Source of the DNA: Acutalibacteraceae bacterium
GTDB lineage: Bacteria > Bacillota > Clostridia > Oscillospirales > Acutalibacteraceae
Direction: 5' to 3'
NCBI GenBank assembly: GCA_045588855.1
Contig: JAZNEX010000115.1
Span: 6,993-70,992, forward strand
DNA: 64,000 nt
The notes below the pieces were generated by a model. It saw only the letters and a program-made list of their open reading frames with translations, was not told the DNA's origin and did not search any database. Numbering within the stretch: position 1 is the stretch's first letter; every line of letters begins with the position of its first letter. Position numbers and translations under genes: made by a program. This document shows, in pieces, positions 1-8,587 of this stretch.

Positions 1-153
1 TCTGATATTTCATTTCAAAAATCCTTTCATTTTTGGTCATTTATATGCTATCATACTATTAAAATAATAACAACACTTTTTTGATGTTTCGTTTGACAAA
101 AATTCAATTTTGTATAATAATATCAGAGAGTAGATTACTTATCGGAGGAATTT

Positions 154-900
154 ATGGAATCAAAATTATTTTCAAAAATTGCATTTTCGCTTGCCTTTAT
201 GATACTTTTGCTCAGTCTGACAGCTTGTAACAAAAAGCCGCTTCCTGATGAAAGCAGCACGGGATATGAATATAAGCATTCTGAATCATTAACTTCAGAA
301 GAGAATATTACTGAAGCTGAGATTAAGGAAATAAAAATTGATAATTCATGGAAATATAATTTCAGAGTTAATTACAGGTATTATAACCCTGAACAGAGTA
401 TCACAACCATGAATATTGAGGAGAAAAAATCTGCCACAGCTTTTACTGTTCAGTATATTGATACTCATTCAATTCTTTATTACAAAGCAAACGGAAATGA
501 CACTGATTATTATGTTATCATTGAAGGAGAAGATGAACAGGTTCATTCTACTCTGAAGGGAAAAAAATTCAGTTCTTTATCCAGTATGTTTATGAAGCTT
601 TCCGTTGTTGATTCCGGACTGCCTTCACAGAACAATGTTCTGTATATGTATGACGAAGAGGTAGCAGGACGAAATTGCCACAAGTTTATTCAGAGAGGTT
701 ATTCAGAAGGAATACTGACTGAATCTGTTTACCTTTGGATTGATACTGAGTATGGTTTTGTTGCAAAATGTGAAGCTTATGATAAAAATAATGTTCTGGC
801 AGTTATGTGGGAAGTTGAGGAATTTGTTACAGGTAAACTGCAGGATGAAGATGTATTTCTTGATTTATCCGGTTTCTCTTTTAAGGAGGAAGTAGGATGA
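154..900 (+). CDS. putative lipoprotein, unknown function
   Basis: N-terminal signal peptide ending in lipobox LSLTAC; GGAGG RBS upstream of ATG; no domain recognised. Confidence 0.7.
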   Translation: MESKLFSKIAFSLAFMILLLSLTACNKKPLPDESSTGYEYKHSESLTSEENITEAEIKEIKIDNSWKYNFRVNYRYYNPEQSITTMNIEEKKSATAFTVQYIDTHSILYYKANGNDTDYYVIIEGEDEQVHSTLKGKKFSSLSSMFMKLSVVDSGLPSQNNVLYMYDEEVAGRNCHKFIQRGYSEGILTESVYLWIDTEYGFVAKCEAYDKNNVLAVMWEVEEFVTGKLQDEDVFLDLSGFSFKEEVG

Positions 901-1466
901 ATGTATATGATTTTGATAATACAATCTATGATGGGGAAAGCGTATTACACTTTTTCTTCTTTTATATCAAAAAAGCTCCCTATCTGATAAAGTATATTCC
1001 TAAGGTTCTGTATGCACTTGTTAAATATAAAGCCGGTAAAATCACTGTCGAGAAGGCGCTTGAAGATTATGCTCCTTTTGTAGAAGACTTTTTTTGCAGC
1101 ATAAAGGATATTAATGCCGATTCTGTGGAATTCTGGGATTGCCACATGAACAGAATCAAACCTTTTTATAAGGAAATTCGAAGAACTGATGATGTTATTG
1201 TAACTGCGTCGCCTGAAATAACGATGCAGGAAATTTGCAAAAGACTGGAAATCAGGCACTGTGTCGGTAGTCTTATTGATGAAAATACAGGCAAAATTAC
1301 TCGTTTATGTATGCGCTCAAAAAAAGTACCGGCATTCCTTGAAGCGTTTCCTGATGCCGTGATAGAGAATTTTTATACCGATTCACCCAAAAATGATGCT
1401 CCTCTCATTGAGCTTGCTGAACATGCTTTTGTTGTTAAAGGTAATAAAATTAAGCAGATTAAGTAA
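897..1466 (+). CDS. HAD-superfamily hydrolase (HAD-IB / phosphoserine-phosphatase-like)
   Basis: N-terminal DxDxT-type motif YDFDNTIYDG; ATGA start/stop overlap with upstream CDS. Confidence 0.7.
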   Translation: MNVYDFDNTIYDGESVLHFFFFYIKKAPYLIKYIPKVLYALVKYKAGKITVEKALEDYAPFVEDFFCSIKDINADSVEFWDCHMNRIKPFYKEIRRTDDVIVTASPEITMQEICKRLEIRHCVGSLIDENTGKITRLCMRSKKVPAFLEAFPDAVIENFYTDSPKNDAPLIELAEHAFVVKGNKIKQIK

Positions 1467-1492
1467 TTAAACGATTATTGTAATAAAGTACA

Positions 1493-1531
1493 AAAATTCC
1501 CGAATCGAAACATAACGATTCGGGAATTTTT
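1493..1531. terminator. bidirectional intrinsic terminator between convergent HAD gene and gdhA
   Basis: Stem AAATTCCCGAATCG / CGATTCGGGAATTT with an A-run before and a T-run after. Confidence 0.7.
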
Positions 1532-1544
1532 CTTTGTTAATTTA

Positions 1545-2888
1545 TTAATAAACACCTTGTTCAAGCATTGCCTGGGCGACTCTTTTGAATCCTGCTATAT
1601 TAGCACCGGCAACAAGGTCATAGCCGAGACCATATTCTTCAGCACATTCTGCAGATACATCATGGATGTGTTTCATAATGTCTCTGAGTTTATTGTCTAC
1701 CTTGTCGGCAGACCACATATATCTTGCAGAGTTCTGGCTCATTTCAAGGGCAGAAACTGCAACACCGCCTGCATTTACTGCTTTTGAGGGAGCAACTGCC
1801 TTGCATTTCATCTGAAGATACTTAAGAGCATCATTGGTTGTAGGCATATTTGAAACTTCAATATAGTACTGAACACCGTTCGCTACAATTTTCTTAGCTT
1901 CAATCATATCAACCTCATTCTGAGTTGCGCAGGGCATGATAATGTCAGCTTTAACACCCCAAGGCTTTTTGCCGGGGATAAACTCAACATTGAATTTTTT
2001 TGCATATTCATCTACTGTGAGGTTTTCGGATCTCATTTTCAACATAAATGCAAGTTTTTCCGGAGTGTTTACACCGTCGGGATCGTAGATATAACCTGTG
2101 GGATCAGACAGAGTAACAACCTTTGCACCGAGCTGGGCCATTTTAGTAGCGACACCCCAAGCAACATTACCGAAACCGGAAATTGCAACGGTTTTATCCT
2201 CAAGTGTGTCATCATAATGCTTGAGAACTTCGAGAAGATAATATACAGCACCGAATCCGGTAGCTTCAGGACGGATAAGAGAACCACCGTATGAAAGACC
2301 TTTTCCTGTGAGAACACCATTTTCAAAAGTAGCTTTGATTCTCTTATACTGACCGTAAAGATAACCGATTTCTCTGCCGCCAACACCGATATCACCTGCA
2401 GGTACATCCACGTCAGGACCGACATATCTGTAAAGTTCTGTCATAAATGCCTGACAAAAACGCATAATTTCAGCATCGCTCTTGCCAATGGGATCAAAGT
2501 TTGATCCGCCTTTACCGCCACCTATGGGAAGACCGGTAAGTGAGTTTTTGAATGTCTGTTCAAAACCGAGGAATTTGATAATTCCGGAATAAACACTGGG
2601 ATGGAAACGGAGACCGCCCTTGTACGGTCCGATTGCCGAATTGAACTGATAACGATAACCTCTGTTTACCTGAACATTTCCGTTATCGTCTACCCAGGTA
2701 ACTCTGAACGAAATAGCTCTGTCAGGCTCTGTCATTCTCATAAGTATATCATTTTTTTCATATTCGGGATGAGCGTTTATTAGCGGCTCAATAGAAGAAA
2801 ATACTTCTTCAACAGTCTGAATGAATTCAGGTTCGTGTGCGTTTCTTATTTTAACATTCTGAATAACGCGTTCAATATAAGCATTCAT
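1545..2888 (-). CDS. gdhA: NADP-specific glutamate dehydrogenase
   Basis: 447 aa; full-length resemblance to hexameric Glu dehydrogenases including GGGKGGS; GGAGG RBS. Confidence 0.95.
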   Translation of the reverse strand: MNAYIERVIQNVKIRNAHEPEFIQTVEEVFSSIEPLINAHPEYEKNDILMRMTEPDRAISFRVTWVDDNGNVQVNRGYRYQFNSAIGPYKGGLRFHPSVYSGIIKFLGFEQTFKNSLTGLPIGGGKGGSNFDPIGKSDAEIMRFCQAFMTELYRYVGPDVDVPAGDIGVGGREIGYLYGQYKRIKATFENGVLTGKGLSYGGSLIRPEATGFGAVYYLLEVLKHYDDTLEDKTVAISGFGNVAWGVATKMAQLGAKVVTLSDPTGYIYDPDGVNTPEKLAFMLKMRSENLTVDEYAKKFNVEFIPGKKPWGVKADIIMPCATQNEVDMIEAKKIVANGVQYYIEVSNMPTTNDALKYLQMKCKAVAPSKAVNAGGVAVSALEMSQNSARYMWSADKVDNKLRDIMKHIHDVSAECAEEYGLGYDLVAGANIAGFKRVAQAMLEQGVY

Positions 2889-3245
2889 ATTGTTTCCTCC
2901 GTAATTATAAATAAATTTTATAGCAGAATTTACAAAAACCTCGTAATAAGCATATTATAAGGTGTCTGTAAAAAATTAATTAATACAATACTACTACGCG
3001 GGATGATTGTCAAGTTTATATTTTTGAATATTTCTAATAGATAATGATTAAAATTACTAATTATGAGCTTTTTTTGCTTACATAATTATTCTATTTTATT
3101 GTACCTATAAGCAATAAGTTATAGTACGTGTTATATGTTTGTGATTGTATATAAAATAGTTGATAATTTAATGAGAATTATATGTAATATTCCGTTTTTT
3201 CAGGTCAATACTCTTTTTAGTGTAAAATATGAAAAGAGTGGATAA

Positions 3246-4010
3246 ATGAATTATTCAAAAGTTGAAATTTCTTCTGTTAACACATCCGATCTGATGGTTC
3301 TTTCAGAAAAAGAATGCACGGAATTATTAATAGCATCTAAACAAGGTGATATGTGTTCACGAGAAAAGCTTATACGCGGTAACCTCAGATTGGTTTTGTC
3401 AGTGGTTCAGCGATTCAGAAACAGAGATGAAAATCCTGATGATTTATTTCAGGTAGGTTGCATTGGATTAATTAAAGCTTGTGATAATTTTGATCTATCA
3501 CAGCAGGTAAGATTCAGCACATATGCTGTTCCGATGATAATCGGAGAGATTAAAAGGTTTTTAAGGGATAACACTTATATCCGAGTTTCTCGTTCATTGC
3601 GCGATATAGCGTTTCACGCGATGCAGTATAAAGAAAAATACATTTCTGAAAATAACACAGAGCCTTCAACGTCTGAAATTGCACAGTTTCTTGATATCCC
3701 CGAACGTCAGGTTATTATCGCGCTGGATTCAATAGTTGAACCGGTTTCGTTATACGAACCCGTATATAATGATAACGGTGATTCATTGTATGTTGTTGAT
3801 CAATTGGGCGATGAAAACTCTGAAAATGATTGGTTGGAGGAAATATCGATTAGGGAAGCAATAAAAAATCTTGAAGAAAGAGAAAAAGTGATTCTGCATA
3901 AAAGGTTTATGTTGGGAAAGACTCAGACAGAGGTAGCAGAAGAAATCGGAATATCACAGGCGCAGGTCTCGAGGCTGGAAAAATGCGCCTTGAACAAAAT
4001 AAAACAATAA
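3246..4010 (+). CDS. sigG: sporulation sigma factor SigG (forespore, late)
   Basis: Close match by eye to B. subtilis SigG blocks: GNLRLVLSV.QRF, DDLFQVGCIGL, FSTYAVPMIIGEI.R.LRDN, IRVSRSLRDIA, GISQAQVSRLEK. Confidence 0.85.
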   Translation: MNYSKVEISSVNTSDLMVLSEKECTELLIASKQGDMCSREKLIRGNLRLVLSVVQRFRNRDENPDDLFQVGCIGLIKACDNFDLSQQVRFSTYAVPMIIGEIKRFLRDNTYIRVSRSLRDIAFHAMQYKEKYISENNTEPSTSEIAQFLDIPERQVIIALDSIVEPVSLYEPVYNDNGDSLYVVDQLGDENSENDWLEEISIREAIKNLEEREKVILHKRFMLGKTQTEVAEEIGISQAQVSRLEKCALNKIKQ

Positions 4011-4054
4011 TCATATTTCCTGATCCCGTAAAGTATAATTTACGGGGTGGTTTT

Positions 4055-4345
4055 GTGAAATGTTGCATAGAAGATATTTATCGAAAGGCCGTCATTAATA
4101 TTGAAAACGGGAGCTGTATCGGTTATATTAATGATGTAGAAGTAGATACTTGCACAGGTCAGATTCTGAGACTGTTTGTAGCTGACTATGATAAGCTTAT
4201 CAGAATAAAGAAACAGGAGTATACAGTAATTTGCTGGGAAAATATTGCAGTCATCGGTGATGACAGTATTCTTGTTAAGAATGTTCAGCCTCGTTGCAAT
4301 AAAAACACTACACAAAAAGGTTTTTTCAACTTATTTTCCAAGTAG
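4055..4345 (+). CDS. YlmC/YmxH-family sporulation protein (PRC-barrel)
   Basis: Small PRC-barrel-like sequence (IGYINDVEVDTCTGQILRLFV). The in-frame GTG at 4055 follows a GGGGTGG RBS; the ORF-track start at 3983 would overlap sigG. Confidence 0.75.
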   Translation: MKCCIEDIYRKAVINIENGSCIGYINDVEVDTCTGQILRLFVADYDKLIRIKKQEYTVICWENIAVIGDDSILVKNVQPRCNKNTTQKGFFNLFSK

Positions 4346-4409
4346 CACTTGAAATAATTGTATATATAATGTAAAATGTTTAAAAAATTCCTGGACGGAG
4401 GATTAATAT

Positions 4410-7400
4410 ATGTTGAATGATGTTCAGATTAAACGTTTCCTCGGAAAAATGGAATCCTTCATTGAAAGAATGGAGCCCCATATTTTCGTGAAAGTCGGAG
4501 AATTGGAAAATGTTACCAAGTGTCATGTTGACAAAAGGTATAATAAAGCCCCTGATCTTCCTTTTGTTCCTGCTGTAAAAGGCGAAGAATGGGAAGGGGA
4601 AGGCACATATTGTTGGTTTAAAGGTGAATTTACTGTTCCCGAAAACCTCGCAGGACAGACTCTTTTTATAAAACCGCACATTGGCGGTTATGAGGCTTTG
4701 TTATTTGTTAACGGTAAGCCCTTCGGTACCTTCGCATCCAAGATTGTAGTTACCGCGCACGGAAATCATTATTGTGATATGATTAAGTTTGATCCTGTTG
4801 CGGGTGAAAAACTTGATATAGCTCTTGAGTATTATGCAGGTCATTTTGTTCCCGGATGTATGCCCTTTGAAAATACAGGCAGAACCGAATTCAGGTTTAC
4901 ATATAACGGTGCTGATATCTGTATTAAGGATTACGAAGTACAGGAATATTATTTTGATCTTAAAACACTTTGGCAGCTTACAGAAGCTCTTCCTCAGAAC
5001 AGCTTTATGAGAGCTAAGGCAATTAACGCATTACTCAAGGTATATGAAAATGTTCCTACAGCTACTGATGACATTCCGTTTGAAAAAGTTGTGGAAGGTT
5101 TGCGCAAATCGAAGGATGTTATTAAAGAAGCTCTTGCTGCAAAGAACGGTGATTCTGCTCCAGAGGCTGCAATTATCGGTCATTCTCATATGGATACAGC
5201 ATGGCTGTGGCATGTTGGAGAAACTGTCAAGAAGTGTGCAAGAACTTATGCAAATCAGCTTAACCTTATGCAGCAATATCCCGAATATAAGTTTATTCAG
5301 TCATCAGCCTGTCATAGCGATATGATCAGAAAGTATTATCCTGAACTTTTTGAAGATATCAAAAAAGCTGTTGCACAGGGCAGATATGAACCTAATGGCG
5401 GCGTCTGGGTTGAGTGTGACTGCAACATAACATCCGGTGAATCAATGATCAGACAGTTCTTGTGGGGTCAGAGATTTACCCGTAAACACTTCGGATATAC
5501 TTCTAATTGTTTCTGGTTACCTGACACCTTTGGTTATTCTGCTGCTATTCCTCAGATTATGAAAGGCTGTGCTGTTGATTATTTCCTTACTACCAAGATC
5601 AGCTGGAATGATACAAATGAATTCCCTTATGATACTTTCTATTGGCAGGGAATAGACGGAACAAAGGTATTTACTCATTTTAACACTACTCATCATCATC
5701 CTGATGTGCTTGATGTCTGTGCAAATATCAACAATGGTATCAAGCAGAAGGGCGTGACCGACAAGCGTATGCTTACATTCGGTTTCGGTGATGGCGGCGG
5801 CGGACCTCAGTTTGAAATGATTGAGATGGCACGCCGTATAGAAAACCTTGACGGTGTTCCGAAAACAAGATACTCCCGTGTCGGTGATTTTATGCAGGAG
5901 CTCGAAAAGGATTGTGTTAATCCTAATACATACCGTGGTGAGCTTTATCTTGAACTTCACAGAGGTACACTTACCAATCAGCACACAATCAAGCGCAATA
6001 ACCGTAAGGCTGAAAATGCTCTTCGTGATCTTGAAATTGTTACCGTTAACGATGCAGTAAAAAATAACAAGATTGCTGACAGTGCTGAAATAGCTCCATT
6101 GTATGAAACTCTTCTTCTTAATCAGTTCCATGACATTCTTCCCGGAACCTGCATCAATAAGGCTCACCTTGAAAGCCGTACGCAGACAACAGAGCTTATA
6201 AATACAGCAAAAGAAAAGACAGCTCTTATCGTAAAAGGCTCAGAGGATAACACCGTTACCGTTATCAATACTCTTTCATTTGAAAGAAATGATGTCCTGT
6301 TCCTTGAATTACCTGAAAATGTAATGATTGACGGTAAATATAATCAGCAGAGATATAAGAACCTTGACGGTAAGGATATACTGCTTGTCGGCGGTATAAA
6401 GATTCCTGCTTTTTCAAGTATTACTCTTCCTCTTAAGGAATATGATGTCAATTTTTCTTCTAATTTCCTTAAAGAGGGTAATAAGCTTTCTACTCCTTTG
6501 TACGAAGTTGAATTGGCTGAAAACGGTACAATTTCTTCTTATTTCGATAAGAGAGTCGGAAGACAGATTGTATGTGGTGAAAACTTCAATACTTTGATGA
6601 TGGCTGAAGATGTTCCTGCAGCATGGGATAATTGGGATGTGGATTCGGATTATGAGGTTAAATTCAGAAATGTTTCTGAACTCATTTCTTCTGAGATTGT
6701 TTCTGTCGGCAGAGTTGCATATATTATCAGAAATAAATATCAGATCAGTGAAAATTCTACAGTTTTACAGGATATGATTTTCTTTGCAGATTCAGCAGAA
6801 ATCCGTTTTGACACCGTTATGGATTGGAACGATAATCATCAGTTCCTTAAGGCTGCTTTTGATACGGATATATTTGATGACTTTGCTCGTCATGAGATAC
6901 AGTTTGGTTATGCTAAGAGACCTACAACTCGTAATACTTCTGTTGAGCAGGCAAAGTTTGAGGTACTCAATCATAAATATTCTGATATTTCTGAAGCTCG
7001 ATACGGTTTTGCTGTACTTAATGACTGTAAGTACGGTATAAGTGCTAAAGACGGATGTCTCAGACTTTCACTTCACAAGGGCGGTAACCGTCCTGACCAT
7101 GAAGGAGACAGAGATGGTCTTCACCGTTGTGTATATTCTGTCCTTCCTCATGACAGTGCATTCGGTGCTGAATCTGTTATCAAACCTTCCTATATGCTGA
7201 ACATACCTGTTATTCAGGTGAATGGCACTACTGAGTTTAATTCTCTTGTAAATATTGATGCAAATAACTGTATAATTGAGGCAATCAAGCCTTGTGAAGA
7301 TGCTGAAAAGGCATTTATTTTCCGTGTTTATGAGGCCGAAGGGGCATATACTAAATCGGATATACATTTCTTCGACGGTGCTAAAAATATTAGTCTTACA

Positions 7401-7499
7401 AATATGCTTGAAGAAGAAATTGAAGTGCTTAATGATGCAAAGAAGATTAATGTTACGTTCAGACCTTTTGAAATTAAAACATTTAAGGTTTACTATTGA
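4410..7499 (+). CDS. GH38 alpha-mannosidase (cytoplasmic)
   Basis: 1029 aa; GH38 N-terminal metal-site motif HSHMDTAWLW; QFHDILPGT block; no signal peptide; GGAGG RBS. Confidence 0.9.
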   Translation: MLNDVQIKRFLGKMESFIERMEPHIFVKVGELENVTKCHVDKRYNKAPDLPFVPAVKGEEWEGEGTYCWFKGEFTVPENLAGQTLFIKPHIGGYEALLFVNGKPFGTFASKIVVTAHGNHYCDMIKFDPVAGEKLDIALEYYAGHFVPGCMPFENTGRTEFRFTYNGADICIKDYEVQEYYFDLKTLWQLTEALPQNSFMRAKAINALLKVYENVPTATDDIPFEKVVEGLRKSKDVIKEALAAKNGDSAPEAAIIGHSHMDTAWLWHVGETVKKCARTYANQLNLMQQYPEYKFIQSSACHSDMIRKYYPELFEDIKKAVAQGRYEPNGGVWVECDCNITSGESMIRQFLWGQRFTRKHFGYTSNCFWLPDTFGYSAAIPQIMKGCAVDYFLTTKISWNDTNEFPYDTFYWQGIDGTKVFTHFNTTHHHPDVLDVCANINNGIKQKGVTDKRMLTFGFGDGGGGPQFEMIEMARRIENLDGVPKTRYSRVGDFMQELEKDCVNPNTYRGELYLELHRGTLTNQHTIKRNNRKAENALRDLEIVTVNDAVKNNKIADSAEIAPLYETLLLNQFHDILPGTCINKAHLESRTQTTELINTAKEKTALIVKGSEDNTVTVINTLSFERNDVLFLELPENVMIDGKYNQQRYKNLDGKDILLVGGIKIPAFSSITLPLKEYDVNFSSNFLKEGNKLSTPLYEVELAENGTISSYFDKRVGRQIVCGENFNTLMMAEDVPAAWDNWDVDSDYEVKFRNVSELISSEIVSVGRVAYIIRNKYQISENSTVLQDMIFFADSAEIRFDTVMDWNDNHQFLKAAFDTDIFDDFARHEIQFGYAKRPTTRNTSVEQAKFEVLNHKYSDISEARYGFAVLNDCKYGISAKDGCLRLSLHKGGNRPDHEGDRDGLHRCVYSVLPHDSAFGAESVIKPSYMLNIPVIQVNGTTEFNSLVNIDANNCIIEAIKPCEDAEKAFIFRVYEAEGAYTKSDIHFFDGAKNISLTNMLEEEIEVLNDAKKINVTFRPFEIKTFKVYY

Positions 7500-7542
7500 T
7501 CATCTTTCTGTGAAAAATTATTAAATCAAGGAGGAAACAATA

Positions 7543-8169
7543 ATGAATAAACAAAAGTTTAATTTTTTGCCTGTAATAATAGGCAGTATAATTTCCGTTT
7601 TTCTTATTGTTTCCTTCTTTTTACCCCGAATTTGGCAAGGTAACGTGACTGTAGAATCCTTCAATACTGTATTGGTTGTCGGAATTCTGTGTCTGTGTGT
7701 GCATCTTGTCAGAAAAACGTCCGCTGTATTTTACCGACATGTTTGGCACAGTCCTTTATTTACGGCATTATGGCTGATTCCTGTTATAAATCTTATTATA
7801 ATTGCCTGTCAGTTTATATGGGGAAATCTCCTTTTTATGCAACATCCCGTTTTTTCGGGTTTTCTTGTTCTTGTTTCATTACCTGCATTTTGTTGTTACT
7901 TCTTTTCAGTTTTGTTCTTTGTATGCAGAAGAGATAAAAAATTACTTATTTCTAATATTTTACTTGACTGCGCCGGAGGTTTTTATATACTTTTCCGATT
8001 GATTGATCGGTCAGTATTTCCGCTTGTTGAAGCTTTTGGTGTTGAAATAGCAAATTTTGTTGAGAAAATGTTTTCAATCAGTTCCTATGCATCCTTGGTT
8101 GTATATATCCTTGCGTTTGTCAACTTTATTATATGCGCTGATTTATTTAATCGTGTAGATGAACAGTAA
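7543..8169 (+). CDS. polytopic membrane protein, unknown function
   Basis: About 6 hydrophobic segments; AGGAGG RBS. Confidence 0.6.
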   Translation: MNKQKFNFLPVIIGSIISVFLIVSFFLPRIWQGNVTVESFNTVLVVGILCLCVHLVRKTSAVFYRHVWHSPLFTALWLIPVINLIIIACQFIWGNLLFMQHPVFSGFLVLVSLPAFCCYFFSVLFFVCRRDKKLLISNILLDCAGGFYILFRLIDRSVFPLVEAFGVEIANFVEKMFSISSYASLVVYILAFVNFIICADLFNRVDEQ

Positions 8170-8209
8170 AATGTTTTTAAAATAATTTTATAATTTTATA
8201 AAAAAATGC

Positions 8210-8238
8210 TTGACAATTAGTTACCTGTGATGTATAAT
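8210..8238 (+). promoter_or_regulatory. sigma-A type promoter for tRNA-Gln
   Basis: TTGACA (8210-8215), 17-nt spacer, TATAAT (8233-8238); lies about 25 nt upstream of the tRNA 5' end. Confidence 0.6.
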
Positions 8239-8262
8239 ACAAAACGTTCCGGCAAGAGACAT

Positions 8263-8336
8263 AGAGGTATAGTGTAACGGTAACACTCCGGACTCTGACT
8301 CCGTCATTTAAGGTTCGAATCCTTATACCTCTGCCA
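8263..8336 (+). tRNA. tRNA-Gln (anticodon CUG)
   Basis: Hand-folded cloverleaf. Acceptor AGAGGTA/TACCTCT; D stem GTGT/ACAC; anticodon loop CTCTGAC (U33, CTG, A37); T arm TAAGG-TTCGAAT-CCTTA; discriminator G; encoded CCA. Confidence 0.85.
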
Positions 8337-8341
8337 AAGAA

Positions 8342-8375
8342 AACGACAAGTTGACATAAGACTTGTCGTTTTTTT
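8342..8375 (+). terminator. intrinsic terminator after tRNA-Gln
   Basis: AACGACAAGT / ACTTGTCGTT stem followed by a T-run. Confidence 0.75.
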
Positions 8376-8402
8376 ATCTTTCGAGAGTTTTTTAAGAAAA
8401 AT

Positions 8403-8445
8403 AACAGGGAGATGCTTCGTGAGGAAGCGTTCTCCCTGTTTTTTT
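8403..8445. terminator. long hairpin, bidirectional intrinsic terminator
   Basis: AACAGGGAGA...TCTCCCTGTT with inner GCTTC/GAAGC stem. T7 follows on the + strand and a TTATTTTTCTT tail on the - strand. On the - strand it ends the rsmF-like transcript. Confidence 0.7.
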
Positions 8446-8554
8446 AATATATAGGAAATTGCTCGCAAAAGTGAGCAATTTGCATATATCAAGAAACACC
8501 GATTCCCCCAAGATTGGGGGCAGGGGGTTGACAAATCGTAAGATTTTTTCTTAT
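8436..8554 (-). repeat. copy A of a 118/119-nt non-coding repeat element
   Basis: Its reverse complement equals 58205-58322 apart from 1 substitution and a 1-nt homopolymer length difference (aligned by hand). Confidence 0.9.
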
Positions 8555-8587
8555 TGTATCAGAATTTAATATTCAATCCAAAAGCAA

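Noticed and set aside
3140-3245. Attempt to assign a sigma-F/sigma-G promoter to sigG (GTAATA ... GGTCAATACT)
   Set aside because: Matches to the consensus elements and spacing are too poor to report as a feature.
3983-4054. N-terminal extension of the YlmC/YmxH ORF from the ATG at 3983
   Set aside because: It would overlap the end of sigG by 28 nt and add a non-conserved-looking leader. An in-frame GTG at 4055 with a GGGGTGG RBS gives a protein of typical family length.
5517-6167. 216-aa ORF antisense to the GH38 gene. Similar cases are 44423-45091 and 44053-44526 in dnaE, 18699-19277 in the GPH gene, and 46315-46812 in pfkA
   Set aside because: All are nested in or opposite strongly recognisable genes and show shadow-ORF composition.
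8304-8534. 76-aa minus-strand ORF
   Set aside because: It runs across the tRNA-Gln 3' end, two terminator hairpins and the repeat element. The region is better explained as non-coding, and no equivalent ORF exists at repeat copy B.
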